The notes below the pieces were generated by a model, which made no database searches, was not told where the DNA came from, and worked only from the letters and a program-made list of their open reading frames with translations. A program made the position numbers and the translations under genes. From Embleya sp. NPDC008237 (GTDB taxonomy: Bacteria; Actinomycetota; Actinomycetes; Streptomycetales; Streptomycetaceae): DNA of 24,000 nt. Shown here piece after piece: positions 7,893 to 16,666 of this stretch (within the stretch, counting starts at the first letter, position 1; each line of letters starts with the position of its first letter). The stretch is taken from positions 225,301 through 249,300 of the forward strand of contig NZ_JBIBGL010000018.1 of the NCBI RefSeq assembly GCF_042956465.1, read 5' to 3'.

Positions 7893-9386
7893 TCAGGTGT
7901 CGCCCTTGACGCCGAACCAGCCCGCGAGCTTGCCACCCCGGCTGACCGCGCGCAGCCGATCCTCGGCGTCGTCGCGCACCGTGTCGGTGGCCACCACGAG
8001 CAGGTCGTCCCCGCGGCGGAGCACGGTGGTCGGCTCGGGCACGAAGCTCTCGTCGTCGCGCACGATCAGGGTGACCGCGGCCCCGCGTGGCAGGCGCAGC
8101 TCGCCGACCTCGACGCCGTGCATGCGCGAGCCCGGCGGCACGCTGACCGACAGCAGGTGCCCCTGGAGCTTCTCCAGCGGTGCGGACTCCACGCCCAGGT
8201 CGGTGGGCTCTTGCTCGCCCGCGAAACCGGCCTTGCGGGCTATCCACGGCAGCGTCGGCCCCTGCACCAGGGTGAAGACCACCACCAGCACGAAGGTGAT
8301 GTTGAACAGCCGCTGGGCGTCCGGGACGTCCTTCACGATCGGGATGGTGGCGAGCACGATCGGTACCGCTCCGCGCAGCCCCGCCCAGGACAGGATCAAC
8401 TGCTCGCGCCACGGTATCCGGAACGGCGTCGTGGTCACGATCACCGACAGCGGCCGGGCGACCAGCAGCAGGATGGTGCCGATCACCAGCGCCGGGACCA
8501 CCGCGCCGGCCAACTCGTGTGGAGTGACCAGCAGTCCCAACAGCACGAACAGGCCGATCTGCGCGATCCAGCCGAGGCCCTCGGCGAAGCCGCGGGTGGC
8601 GGGGCCGTGCGGGAGTTGCGAGTTGCCCAGCACGAGTGCGGTCAGGTAGACCGCGAGGAACCCGCTGCCGTGGGCCAGCGCACCGCCGGAGTAGGCGAGC
8701 ACGCACAGCGCCATCACCGCGATCGGGTACAGCCCGGACGCCGGCAGCGCGACGTGGCGCAGGCCGAACGCGCCGAGCCGACCCACCGCGAGGCCGACCG
8801 CCATGCCGATGGTCAACTCCATGCCGATCTCGCCGAGGATCCTGTACCACGGTTCGACGTGACCCACGTGGGCGAACGTGACCACCAGGATCACCACCGG
8901 GGCGTCGTTGAAGCCGGACTCGGCCTCGAGCAGACCGGTCAGCCGATGCGGCAGCGGCAGCTTGCGCAGCACCGAGAACACCGCGGCGGCGTCCGTGGAG
9001 GAGACGATCGCGCCCATCAGGATCGCGGTCGACCAGTCGACGTCCAGCACGATCCGAGTGGCGAACGCGGTGACCGCGACGCTCACTCCGACCCCTACGG
9101 TGGACAACACCGCAGCCGCCGGCACCGACGGCTTGATCTCCTTCCAACTGGTCGCTATCCCGCCCTCGGCGAGGATTACTATCAGCGCGGCGTAGCCGAG
9201 CGTTTGGGTCAGTTCGGCGTTGTCGAAACCTATGCCGAGGCCGTCGTCCCCGATCAGGATCCCGAGTCCGAGGTAGAGCAGCAGGCTCGGCAGCCCGGTT
9301 CTGGTCGCCAGGCGAACCGCTATGACGGCGGACAACATGACGATGGCGCCCAGGAGCAGGACCTGGTTGAGCTCGGGCACGGACAC
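7893..9386 (-). CDS. Cation:proton (K+/H+) antiporter, CPA1/NhaP2-type, with C-terminal RCK_C (TrkA-C) domain
   Basis: The GTG at 9386 is preceded by GGAGGTG 6 nt upstream. The N-terminus is ELNQVLLLGAIVMLSAVIAVRLATRTGLPSLLLYLGLGILIGDDGLG, with multiple TMs. The C-terminal soluble segment HGVEVGELRLPRGAAVTLIVRDDESFVPEPTTVLRRGDDLLVVAT is typical of RCK_C. Confidence 0.85.
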   Translation of the reverse strand: MSVPELNQVLLLGAIVMLSAVIAVRLATRTGLPSLLLYLGLGILIGDDGLGIGFDNAELTQTLGYAALIVILAEGGIATSWKEIKPSVPAAAVLSTVGVGVSVAVTAFATRIVLDVDWSTAILMGAIVSSTDAAAVFSVLRKLPLPHRLTGLLEAESGFNDAPVVILVVTFAHVGHVEPWYRILGEIGMELTIGMAVGLAVGRLGAFGLRHVALPASGLYPIAVMALCVLAYSGGALAHGSGFLAVYLTALVLGNSQLPHGPATRGFAEGLGWIAQIGLFVLLGLLVTPHELAGAVVPALVIGTILLLVARPLSVIVTTTPFRIPWREQLILSWAGLRGAVPIVLATIPIVKDVPDAQRLFNITFVLVVVFTLVQGPTLPWIARKAGFAGEQEPTDLGVESAPLEKLQGHLLSVSVPPGSRMHGVEVGELRLPRGAAVTLIVRDDESFVPEPTTVLRRGDDLLVVATDTVRDDAEDRLRAVSRGGKLAGWFGVKGDT

Positions 9387-9692
9387 GTGCGTCACCTCCG
9401 GCGGTCGTCGGTCCGGCCACCCCCCAGGCGGCCGCACGGAGTGCAGAACATGAAGGCAGGCGACGACCGGCGGAACCGGCGACGCCGCGATGCGCAGGCA
9501 ATCAGCGAGCCATGGGAAGGGGGGCCCTGCCGCGCCGGCGAACCGGCGATGAATTACCTACGCCTGGGAAATATTTTACCAAAGCGAAGGATCCATACCC
9601 CAGAGGGGTCCCGTCTCGTACCCGTGGCTGTGATGCCGACGACGCTCGGCTTTTAAGGTGTCCCTTGCCGCACCGACCGCATAAGGACCTTG

Positions 9693-12600
9693 ATGCCTCC
9701 CTCGAAGACGCCCGACCCGGAGCAGCCCCCCGGTGGCCAGGACGCCTCATCCTCCGGGTGGGACGACTGGCCCACGGGCGAGTGGCCCACATCGCAGTGG
9801 GCCGCGGCGGATCCGGTCGCGGCCCAGCGGCGCGCGGAAGAACGCGCGGAGCGTGAGCGCCGGGCCGCGCCCGAGCCGTACGGCGAACCCGAGCCGTACG
9901 CGCCGCAAGAGCCGTATGCCGCGCAAGGACCGTACGCACCGCAGGAGTCGCACCCCGCCCAGGAGCCCTACTCGCCCCCCGAGCCGTATGCGGAGCCGCC
10001 CGCTCCCGTCGCCATCCCCGCGCCCGCCGCGCCGCCCGCGCCGCGTGCCGCCGAGCCGCCACGGGTCGAACCCGAGCCCGCAGCCGCTTCGCAGCCCGCA
10101 CCCGCGCCCGAGCCCGCCGCCGCCGAGGCGCCCGTGCCCGGCGGCACCGCCAAGGTCAAGGAACGACCGACGACCCCCAAGGGGCCGTCCAAGGCGTGGC
10201 GCCGATTCCGGTTGACGGCCATCGTCCTGGTCGTGGTGCTGGCCATCGCGATCGGCGGACTGGGCTGGTGGGGCTGGCAGTTGTCGCGCGACTCGTTCCC
10301 GCAGACGTCCGGCACGATCCGGGTGCCGGGGCTGACCGGCAAGGTCGACGTGGTGCGCGACGCCCAGGGCATCCCGCAGGTGTACGCCGACACGTCCGAG
10401 GACCTCTTCCGGGGGCAGGGCTACGTGCACGCCCAGGACCGGTTCTGGGAGATGGACGTGCGCCGGCACATGACCGCGGGCCGGCTGTCCGAGATGTTCG
10501 GCTCCGGGCAGGTGGACAACGACAAGTTCCTGCGCACGCTGGGCTGGCGCAAGGTGGCCGAACAGGAGTACGCGGCGCTGCCGCCGGAGTCGCAGAAGTT
10601 CCTCCAGGCGTACTCCGAGGGGGTCAACGCCTACCTCGAGGACCACAAGGGCGCCGACGCCTCGTTCGAGTACGCGCTGCTCGGCGTCGTGCACGACGGC
10701 TACAAGGCCGAGCCGTGGACCCCGGTCGACTCGGTGGCCTGGCTCAAGGCGATGGCCTGGGACCTGCGCACCAACATGCAGGACGAGATCGACCGGGCTT
10801 TGTTGTCCGACAAGTTGACGGTCAACCAGATCGACGAGCTCTACCCGCCGTATCCGTACGAGGTGAACAAGCCCATCGTGCGCGCCGGTGAGATCGTCAA
10901 GGATCCCAAGGACGGCAAGACCGAGCGCTTCGTCCAGGACGCGCCGCCCGCGGTGCCCTCGAAGAGCGCGCAGAACGTGCTGGCCGGCCTGTCCGAGTCG
11001 CTGGCCAAGCTGCCCTCGCTGTTCAGCGAGAAGTCCTCCGGCGTCGGCTCCAACTCGTGGGTGGTCGCGGGCAGTCGCACCACCACCGGCAAGCCGCTGC
11101 TGGCCAACGACCCGCACCTGTCCCCTTCGTTGCCCTCGGTCTGGTACCAGATGGGCCTGCACTGCCGCACGGTCGGGCCGAAGTGCCAGTACGACGTCTC
11201 CGGCTACACGTTCTCCGGCATGCCCGGCGTGATCATCGGCCACAACCAGAAGATCTCGTGGGGCTTCACCAACCTCGGCGCCGACGTGACCGACCTGTAC
11301 CTGGAGAAGGTCCAGGGCGACGGCGTGCTCTACAACAACAAGTACGAGCCGTTCACCGAGGTCCGCCAGGAGACGATCAAGGTGGCCGGTGGCGGCGATC
11401 GGCACATCACCGTGCGCAGCACCCGGCACGGGCCGATCCTGACCGACGCGTCCGACGAGTTGGAGGACGTCGGCAAGGACGCCCCGATCCCGGACCTGAG
11501 CCCACAGCGCGAGGAGGGCTACGCGGTCGCGCTGCGCTGGACCGCGCTGGACCCGGGCACCTCGATGGACGCGCTCTTCCAGCTGAACAAGGCGCAGAAC
11601 TGGAACGACTTCCGGGCCGCGCTGAAGAACTTCGACGCGCCGTCGCAGAACGCGATCTACGCGGACGTCGAAGGGCACATCGGCTACCAGGCGCCGGGCA
11701 AAATCCCGGTGCGCCGCACCGGTGACGGCCGCTGGCCGGTGTACGGGTGGGACGCCAAGTACGACTGGGCGGACTCCATCCCGTTCGATTCGCTGCCGAA
11801 CGTGTACGACCCGCCGGAGGGCTACATCGTCACCGCCAACAACGCGGTGACCACGCCGGCGTACCCGTACCTGCTGACCTCGGACTGGGGCTACGGTTCG
11901 CGCAGTCAGCGGATCGAGGAGATGATCACCAAGGCGCCGGGCAAGATCGATCCGGCGATGATGCAGAAGATGCAAGCCGACGACGTCAACCCGGTCGCGC
12001 AGTTGCTGGTGCCGTACCTGCTCGCGGTCCGGGTCGAGGATCCGTGGGTGCGCGAGGCGCAGGATCTGCTCCGGGGCTGGGACATGCGCAACCGGGCCGA
12101 CTCCAAGTCGGCCGCGTACTTCAACGCGGTGTGGCGCCAGGTGCTGATGCTGGCGTTCGGCGACAAGATGCCGTTCTCGGTCCGGGCCGACAACGACTGT
12201 GCGAGCAACTCGTCGAACACCCACGTGCAGTGCGGCGACCGGGACGACTCGACCGCGCAACCCGACGGCGGCGACCGGTGGAACGAGGTGGCCCGCACGC
12301 TGCTGGCCAGCCCGGAGAGCCCGTGGTGGAACGTCTCCAAGAACCCGGGCTCGATCACCACCCGCGACGGTCTGCTGCACAAGGCGATGACCGAGGCGAA
12401 GAAGGACCTCACCTCCCGGCTCGGCAAGGACATCGACACCTGGTCGTGGGGTCGGCTGCACACGCTGACGCTGCGCAACCAGACGCTGGGCACCGAGGGC
12501 CCGGGCCCGGTCAAGTACATGCTCAACCGCGGCCCGTACCGGATGTCCGGCGGCGAGGGTCTGGTCAACGCGACCGGGTGGAACGTCGCGCAGGGCTACG

Positions 12601-12839
12601 AGGTGACCACCGTGCCGTCGATGCGGATGGTGGTGGACCTGGCCAACCTGGACGAGTCCCGCTGGATCAACCTCACCGGCGCGTCCGGACACGTGTGGCA
12701 CGACAACTACACCGACCAGACCGACCTGTGGCGCAAGGGCAAGACCCTGCAGTGGGCGTACACGCCCGCGGCGGTGGACAAGGCGGCCAAACACCGGCTG
12801 ACCCTGGAGCCCGCCGGCCCGGCCCCGGGCGGACCGTGA
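9693..12839 (+). CDS. Penicillin acylase family protein (Ntn hydrolase, peptidase S45) with long Pro/Glu/Tyr-rich N-terminal extension and a single TM anchor
   Basis: The ATG at 9693 has AAGGA 5 nt upstream; the track starts one codon earlier at a TTG. Family motifs are GIPQVYADTSEDLFRGQGYVHAQDRFWEMD and the nucleophile region GSNSWVVAGSRTTTGKPLLANDPHL, followed by GMPGVIIGHNQKISWGFTN. A TM helix (LTAIVLVVVLAIAIGGLGWWGW) is encoded at about nt 10209-10277. Confidence 0.9.
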   Translation: MPPSKTPDPEQPPGGQDASSSGWDDWPTGEWPTSQWAAADPVAAQRRAEERAERERRAAPEPYGEPEPYAPQEPYAAQGPYAPQESHPAQEPYSPPEPYAEPPAPVAIPAPAAPPAPRAAEPPRVEPEPAAASQPAPAPEPAAAEAPVPGGTAKVKERPTTPKGPSKAWRRFRLTAIVLVVVLAIAIGGLGWWGWQLSRDSFPQTSGTIRVPGLTGKVDVVRDAQGIPQVYADTSEDLFRGQGYVHAQDRFWEMDVRRHMTAGRLSEMFGSGQVDNDKFLRTLGWRKVAEQEYAALPPESQKFLQAYSEGVNAYLEDHKGADASFEYALLGVVHDGYKAEPWTPVDSVAWLKAMAWDLRTNMQDEIDRALLSDKLTVNQIDELYPPYPYEVNKPIVRAGEIVKDPKDGKTERFVQDAPPAVPSKSAQNVLAGLSESLAKLPSLFSEKSSGVGSNSWVVAGSRTTTGKPLLANDPHLSPSLPSVWYQMGLHCRTVGPKCQYDVSGYTFSGMPGVIIGHNQKISWGFTNLGADVTDLYLEKVQGDGVLYNNKYEPFTEVRQETIKVAGGGDRHITVRSTRHGPILTDASDELEDVGKDAPIPDLSPQREEGYAVALRWTALDPGTSMDALFQLNKAQNWNDFRAALKNFDAPSQNAIYADVEGHIGYQAPGKIPVRRTGDGRWPVYGWDAKYDWADSIPFDSLPNVYDPPEGYIVTANNAVTTPAYPYLLTSDWGYGSRSQRIEEMITKAPGKIDPAMMQKMQADDVNPVAQLLVPYLLAVRVEDPWVREAQDLLRGWDMRNRADSKSAAYFNAVWRQVLMLAFGDKMPFSVRADNDCASNSSNTHVQCGDRDDSTAQPDGGDRWNEVARTLLASPESPWWNVSKNPGSITTRDGLLHKAMTEAKKDLTSRLGKDIDTWSWGRLHTLTLRNQTLGTEGPGPVKYMLNRGPYRMSGGEGLVNATGWNVAQGYEVTTVPSMRMVVDLANLDESRWINLTGASGHVWHDNYTDQTDLWRKGKTLQWAYTPAAVDKAAKHRLTLEPAGPAPGGP

Positions 12840-12857
12840 CGGCGGCCCGCGGCGGTG

Positions 12858-13445
12858 CTACCGGGTGAACCGGTACACCGCCGCGGGCGTCACCGCGATG
12901 TCCACGGGCACGTCGTGCGGCTCGGCAGGCACCCGGTCGAGCACCTCGTCGTCGTAGAGCAGCACCACCGTCACGGCCGAGGCCGGCACCCGGGCGAGTG
13001 CCCGGTCGTAGGACCCGCCGCCACGCCCGAGCCGCAGTCCGCGGCGATCCACCGCGAGACCGGGCACCACCAGCACGTCCGCCGTGCACACACCCTCGAC
13101 GCCCAGCCGCGGCCCGATCGGCTCGCGCAGCCCCCGGCCGGCCGGCACCAGCGACGCCGGGCCCTCGTACAGCGCCCAGTCCAGGTCGTTGTCCGGCAAG
13201 AGCACCGGCAGCAGCACGCGCCGGGTCGACCCGGCGGCGAGATCCTCGGCCAGATCCCGGCCGCCCGGCTCCGAACCCACCGGCACGTAGGCCGCCACGG
13301 TCGCGGCCGCGGCCACCTCGGGGAGCGCGAGGAGCGCGTCACGGAGCGCGCGACTCGCCGCGACACGCCGATCCGACCCCGTGTGTGACCGTGAGTGCAT
13401 CAACTGTGACCTCAGTGTGGCCTTGTCGTTGAGGATGTCCTTCAT
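12858..13445 (-). CDS. 5-formyltetrahydrofolate cyclo-ligase (MTHFS)
   Basis: 195 aa with a K-x-LR N-terminus (DKATLRSQL), AAYVPVGSEPG, LLPVL, VVPGLAVDRRGLRLGRGGGSYDR and the C-terminal DVPVDIAVTP. It is convergent with the acylase gene (18-bp gap). Its position divergent from the galU side matches conserved actinobacterial synteny. Confidence 0.85.
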   Translation of the reverse strand: MKDILNDKATLRSQLMHSRSHTGSDRRVAASRALRDALLALPEVAAAATVAAYVPVGSEPGGRDLAEDLAAGSTRRVLLPVLLPDNDLDWALYEGPASLVPAGRGLREPIGPRLGVEGVCTADVLVVPGLAVDRRGLRLGRGGGSYDRALARVPASAVTVVLLYDDEVLDRVPAEPHDVPVDIAVTPAAVYRFTR

Positions 13446-13536
13446 GCTGTTCCCTGAATGACGTGTTTGGACGGGTTATCGAAGGAGTCCGCGCAATCGA
13501 CACAGTTCGCGCCACCGCACCTGACCCGGACCCCGC

Positions 13537-14280
13537 ATGGGCCTGACTTTCGAACGTCTTCTGATCATCCTGCTCGTCGGCGCGCTCTCGGTCGCGGTCG
13601 GCTCGCTGACCGTTGCCGTGCGCCGGTTGCGCGCGATCGCCGGCAACGAGCTGCCCGAGCTGCGGCACGAGGTCACCCGGCTGGAACTCAGCCGCGCCGA
13701 ACTGGAGCGGCTGTCGGTGACCGACCCGCTGACCGGCGTGTGGAACTACCGCTACCTGCAACTCGTGCTGGATCGCGAGGTGATGCGCGCGACCCGGTTC
13801 GGCCGACCGCTCGGGCTGCTCATGCTGGACCTGGACCACTTTCGCGACGTCAACGAGCGGCACGGCCATCAGGGCGCGAGTTCGGTGCTGCGCGAGGTGG
13901 CCCAGCGGCTGGCCCTGGAGATCCGCCAGGTGGACACCATCGCCCGCTACGGCGGCGAGGAGTTCGTGATCCTGCTGCCCGAGACCGACGCGTCCGGTGC
14001 GGCCAAGGTCGCCGAACGGCTGTGCTACGCGGTCCGGCGCGGCAGCTTCGGCGCGACGGCCGACCCGGTGCGGCTGACGATGGCGATCGGCCTGGCCGTA
14101 CTGCCCGAGGACGGCACGCACTCCGCGACCCTGTTGCGGGCCGCGGACCGGGCGCTGGGTCGGGCCAAACGGGCGGGCGGCGACCGGTTCTGCGGCCCGG
14201 ATCCGGCCGGGAGCGGACCTTCGGCCGACAACAGGCCAATCGCCGGGCTTCCCGGGACCCCCGGTGATCTCACCCGTTAG
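13537..14280 (+). CDS. Membrane-anchored GGDEF-domain protein (diguanylate-cyclase family) with GGEEF active site, RxxD I-site and Asp-to-Ser change at the base-specifying position
   Basis: 247 aa. An N-terminal TM (LLIILLVGALSVAVGSLTVAV) is followed by a short helical linker, then DPLTGVWNYRYL, LLMLDLDHFRDVNERHGHQGASSVLREV and EIRQVDTIARYGGEEFVILLPET. No clear Shine-Dalgarno precedes the ATG. The stop lies 9 nt before galU. Confidence 0.9.
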   Translation: MGLTFERLLIILLVGALSVAVGSLTVAVRRLRAIAGNELPELRHEVTRLELSRAELERLSVTDPLTGVWNYRYLQLVLDREVMRATRFGRPLGLLMLDLDHFRDVNERHGHQGASSVLREVAQRLALEIRQVDTIARYGGEEFVILLPETDASGAAKVAERLCYAVRRGSFGATADPVRLTMAIGLAVLPEDGTHSATLLRAADRALGRAKRAGGDRFCGPDPAGSGPSADNRPIAGLPGTPGDLTR

Positions 14281-14289
14281 TGTGCGGCC

Positions 14290-15216
14290 ATGCCTCCGCG
14301 TCGCTCGTTCCACATCACGAAGGCCGTCGTACCCGCCGCAGGTCTCGGCACGCGCTTCCTGCCAGCGACGAAGGCGACGCCCAAGGAGATGTTGCCGGTC
14401 GTGGACACGCCGGCGATCCAGTACGTGGTCGAGGAGGCGGTCGCCGCCGGGCTGACCGACGTGCTGATGGTCACCGGGCGCAACAAGCGCCCGCTGGAGG
14501 ACCACTTCGATCGCGCGTACGAACTCGAACACGCGCTGGCCGCCAAGGGCGACCTGGAGCGGCTCAAGCTCGTTCGCGAGTCGAGCGAGCTGGCCGCGAT
14601 CCACTACGTCCGGCAGGGCGACCCGCGCGGCCTGGGACACGCCGTCTCGTGCGCCCGCCCGCACGTGGGCGACGAGCCGTTCGCGGTGCTGCTCGGCGAC
14701 GACCTGATCGACCCGCGCGATCCGCTGCTGAGCACGATGTTGCGGGTGCGCCGCGAACTCGGCGGCAGCGTCGTCGCACTGATCGAGGTCGACCCGTCCC
14801 AGATCCACCTCTACGGCTGCGCGGCGGTCGAACCCCTTGCCGAGGGCGTCTCCGAGCCCGGCGTGGTGCGGGTGACCGATCTCGTGGAGAAGCCCGAACC
14901 CGGCAGCGCGCCCAGCAACTTCGCGGTGATCGGCCGCTACCTGCTCGACCCCTCGGTCTTCGACGTGCTCGAACACACCCCGCCTGGCCGGGGCGGCGAG
15001 ATCCAACTCACCGACGCGCTGCGGGTGCTCGCGGGTCGCGAGTCGGCCGAGGGCGGCACGGTGCACGGCGTGCTGTTCTCCGGCCGCCGCTACGACACGG
15101 GCGACCGGGCCGACTATCTGCGTGCCATCGTGAAGCTGGCATGCGAGCGTGATGATCTGGGACCCGAGTTCCGGGCCTGGCTGAGGCAGTACGTGAACGA
15201 GGAGATGCAAGCATGA
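14290..15216 (+). CDS. galU: UTP--glucose-1-phosphate uridylyltransferase
   Basis: 308 aa. Motifs are KAVVPAAGLGTRFLPATKATPKEMLPVVDTPAIQYVVEEA, VTGRNKRPLEDHFD, VRQGDPRGLGHAV and GRYLLDP...GGEIQLTDAL. Confidence 0.92.
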   Translation: MPPRRSFHITKAVVPAAGLGTRFLPATKATPKEMLPVVDTPAIQYVVEEAVAAGLTDVLMVTGRNKRPLEDHFDRAYELEHALAAKGDLERLKLVRESSELAAIHYVRQGDPRGLGHAVSCARPHVGDEPFAVLLGDDLIDPRDPLLSTMLRVRRELGGSVVALIEVDPSQIHLYGCAAVEPLAEGVSEPGVVRVTDLVEKPEPGSAPSNFAVIGRYLLDPSVFDVLEHTPPGRGGEIQLTDALRVLAGRESAEGGTVHGVLFSGRRYDTGDRADYLRAIVKLACERDDLGPEFRAWLRQYVNEEMQA

Positions 15217-16433
15217 AAAGCGTCGAGGACCACCTGACCGGGATCCTCGGGCGGATCGCACCGCTGGCCCCCCTCGAACTGCAACTGCTCGACGCGCACG
15301 GCAGCCTCCTGGTCGACGAGGTCGCCGCAACCGGCGACCTGCCACCGTTCGACAACTCCTCGATGGACGGATACGCGGTCCGCCTCGCGGACGTCGCCGA
15401 CGCGGGCGAGCGCTATCCGGTGGTACTCGACGTGGTGGACGACATCGCCGCGGGCAACGCGCCCAAGACCGCGATCGGTTCCGGCACCTGCGCCCGGATC
15501 ATGACCGGCGCGCCGCTGCCGGAGGGCGCCGAGGCGATCGTGCCGGTCGAGTGGACCGACGCGGGCATGCCGACGGTACGGATCACCAGGGCGCCGGAGA
15601 GCGGCCAGTACATCCGCCGCCGGGGCAGCGACGTCACCGCAGGGCAGACCGTCCTGGACGCGGGCAGCACGATCGGCTCGGCGCAGGTCGGCCTGCTCGC
15701 CGCGATCGGCCGCGAGCGCATCCGGGTGCGGCCCAAGCCGCGCGTGGTGATCCTGTCCACCGGCAGCGAGCTGACCCAGCCCGGCCGGCCGATCGGCCCC
15801 GGCCAGATCCGCGACTCGAACAGCTACATGCTGACCGCCGCCGCACGCGAGGCGGGCGCCATCGCGTACCGGGTCGGCAACGTGCCCGACGACCCGAAGA
15901 TCCTGATCGACACGATCGAGGACCAGCTGATCCGGGCGGATGTGGTGGTCACCACGGGCGGCGTCAGCGCGGGCGCCTACGACGTGGTCAAGGAGGTGCT
16001 CTCCGAGCTGGGCACGGTCGAGTTCGGCAAGGTCGCGATGCAGCCGGGGATGCCGCAGGGCTTCGGCGTGATCGGTCCGGACGAGACGCCGATCTTCACC
16101 CTCCCCGGCAATCCGGTCAGTGCGTTCGTGTCCTTCGAGGTGTTCGTGCGTCCGGCGCTGCTGCGGATGCAGGGCGCCGAGGTCACCGAGCGGCCGATCG
16201 TCCGGGCCGGCTGCTCGGCGGCGCTGAAGTCGCCCGAGGGCAAGCGCCAGTACCTGCGCGCCTGGTACACCCCGCCGCCCGCGGGGGTCGGCGAGGGCAC
16301 CGTGGACCCGGTCGGCGGCACCGGCTCCCACCTGCTCGGCAGCCTGGCCAAGGCGAACGCGCTGATCACCCTTCCCGCCGACGTCACCGAGGTCGCCGAG
16401 GGCGCCGAGGTGTCCGTGATGCTGCTCGGCTGA
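15213..16433 (+). CDS. glp: MoeA-family molybdopterin molybdenumtransferase-like protein (gephyrin-like divisome protein Glp of Actinobacteria)
   Basis: 406 aa. The start overlaps the galU stop (ATGA at 15213-15216). Motifs are PPFDNSSMDGYAVR, RIMTGAPLPEGAEAIVPVE, ILSTGSEL, IRDSNSYML, VVTTGGVSAGAYDVVKE, VAMQPGMPQGFG and LPGNPVSAFVSFEVFVRPAL. It sits in the conserved galU-glp...rimJ-sepX cluster. Confidence 0.9.
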   Translation: MKSVEDHLTGILGRIAPLAPLELQLLDAHGSLLVDEVAATGDLPPFDNSSMDGYAVRLADVADAGERYPVVLDVVDDIAAGNAPKTAIGSGTCARIMTGAPLPEGAEAIVPVEWTDAGMPTVRITRAPESGQYIRRRGSDVTAGQTVLDAGSTIGSAQVGLLAAIGRERIRVRPKPRVVILSTGSELTQPGRPIGPGQIRDSNSYMLTAAAREAGAIAYRVGNVPDDPKILIDTIEDQLIRADVVVTTGGVSAGAYDVVKEVLSELGTVEFGKVAMQPGMPQGFGVIGPDETPIFTLPGNPVSAFVSFEVFVRPALLRMQGAEVTERPIVRAGCSAALKSPEGKRQYLRAWYTPPPAGVGEGTVDPVGGTGSHLLGSLAKANALITLPADVTEVAEGAEVSVMLLG

Positions 16434-16513
16434 GCGCCGCGAAACCCGTCCGGGCGGCCCCGTGCATGCGGGCCGCCCGGTTGTGCCTCTAACGTTGCCC
16501 CAGCACGACACAC

Positions 16514-16666
16514 GGCAGTTCGTTGCACAGGGCAGTTCGTTGCACAGGGCAGTTCGTTGCACAGGGCAGTTCGTTGCACAGGGCAGTTCGATACACAGGG
16601 CAGTTCGATACACAGGGCGGTCCGACTCATCGGGCGGTTCGATACACACGGCACTTCGACGCCCCA
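16514..16666. repeat. 17-bp tandem repeat array (about 9 units) in the glp-moaC intergenic spacer
   Basis: There are four perfect units of GGCAGTTCGTTGCACAG (16514-16581) and two of GGCAGTTCGATACACAG (16582-16615). Three progressively degenerate units follow: GGCGGTCCGACTCATCG, GGCGGTTCGATACACAC and GGCACTTCGACGCCCCA. All are head-to-tail with no spacers. Confidence 0.92.

Noticed and set aside
6165-9656. Very long ORFs overlapping or antisense to the called genes. Examples are 6165-9656 (+) 1163 aa, 9747-12794 (-) 1015 aa, 13339-15345 (-) 668 aa, 4538-6424 (+) 628 aa, 173-1891 (+) 572 aa, 7810-9501 (-) 563 aa, 18580-20199 (-) 539 aa, 15114-16667 (-) 517 aa, 1998-3347 (-) 449 aa and 16627-17907 (-) 426 aa.
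   Set aside because: These are shadow frames typical of very high-GC DNA, where stop codons are rare. The translations are Arg/Gly/Pro/Ala/His-rich with no recognisable motifs. Each is fully explained by a motif-bearing gene in another frame or on the other strand with proper G/C third-position bias.
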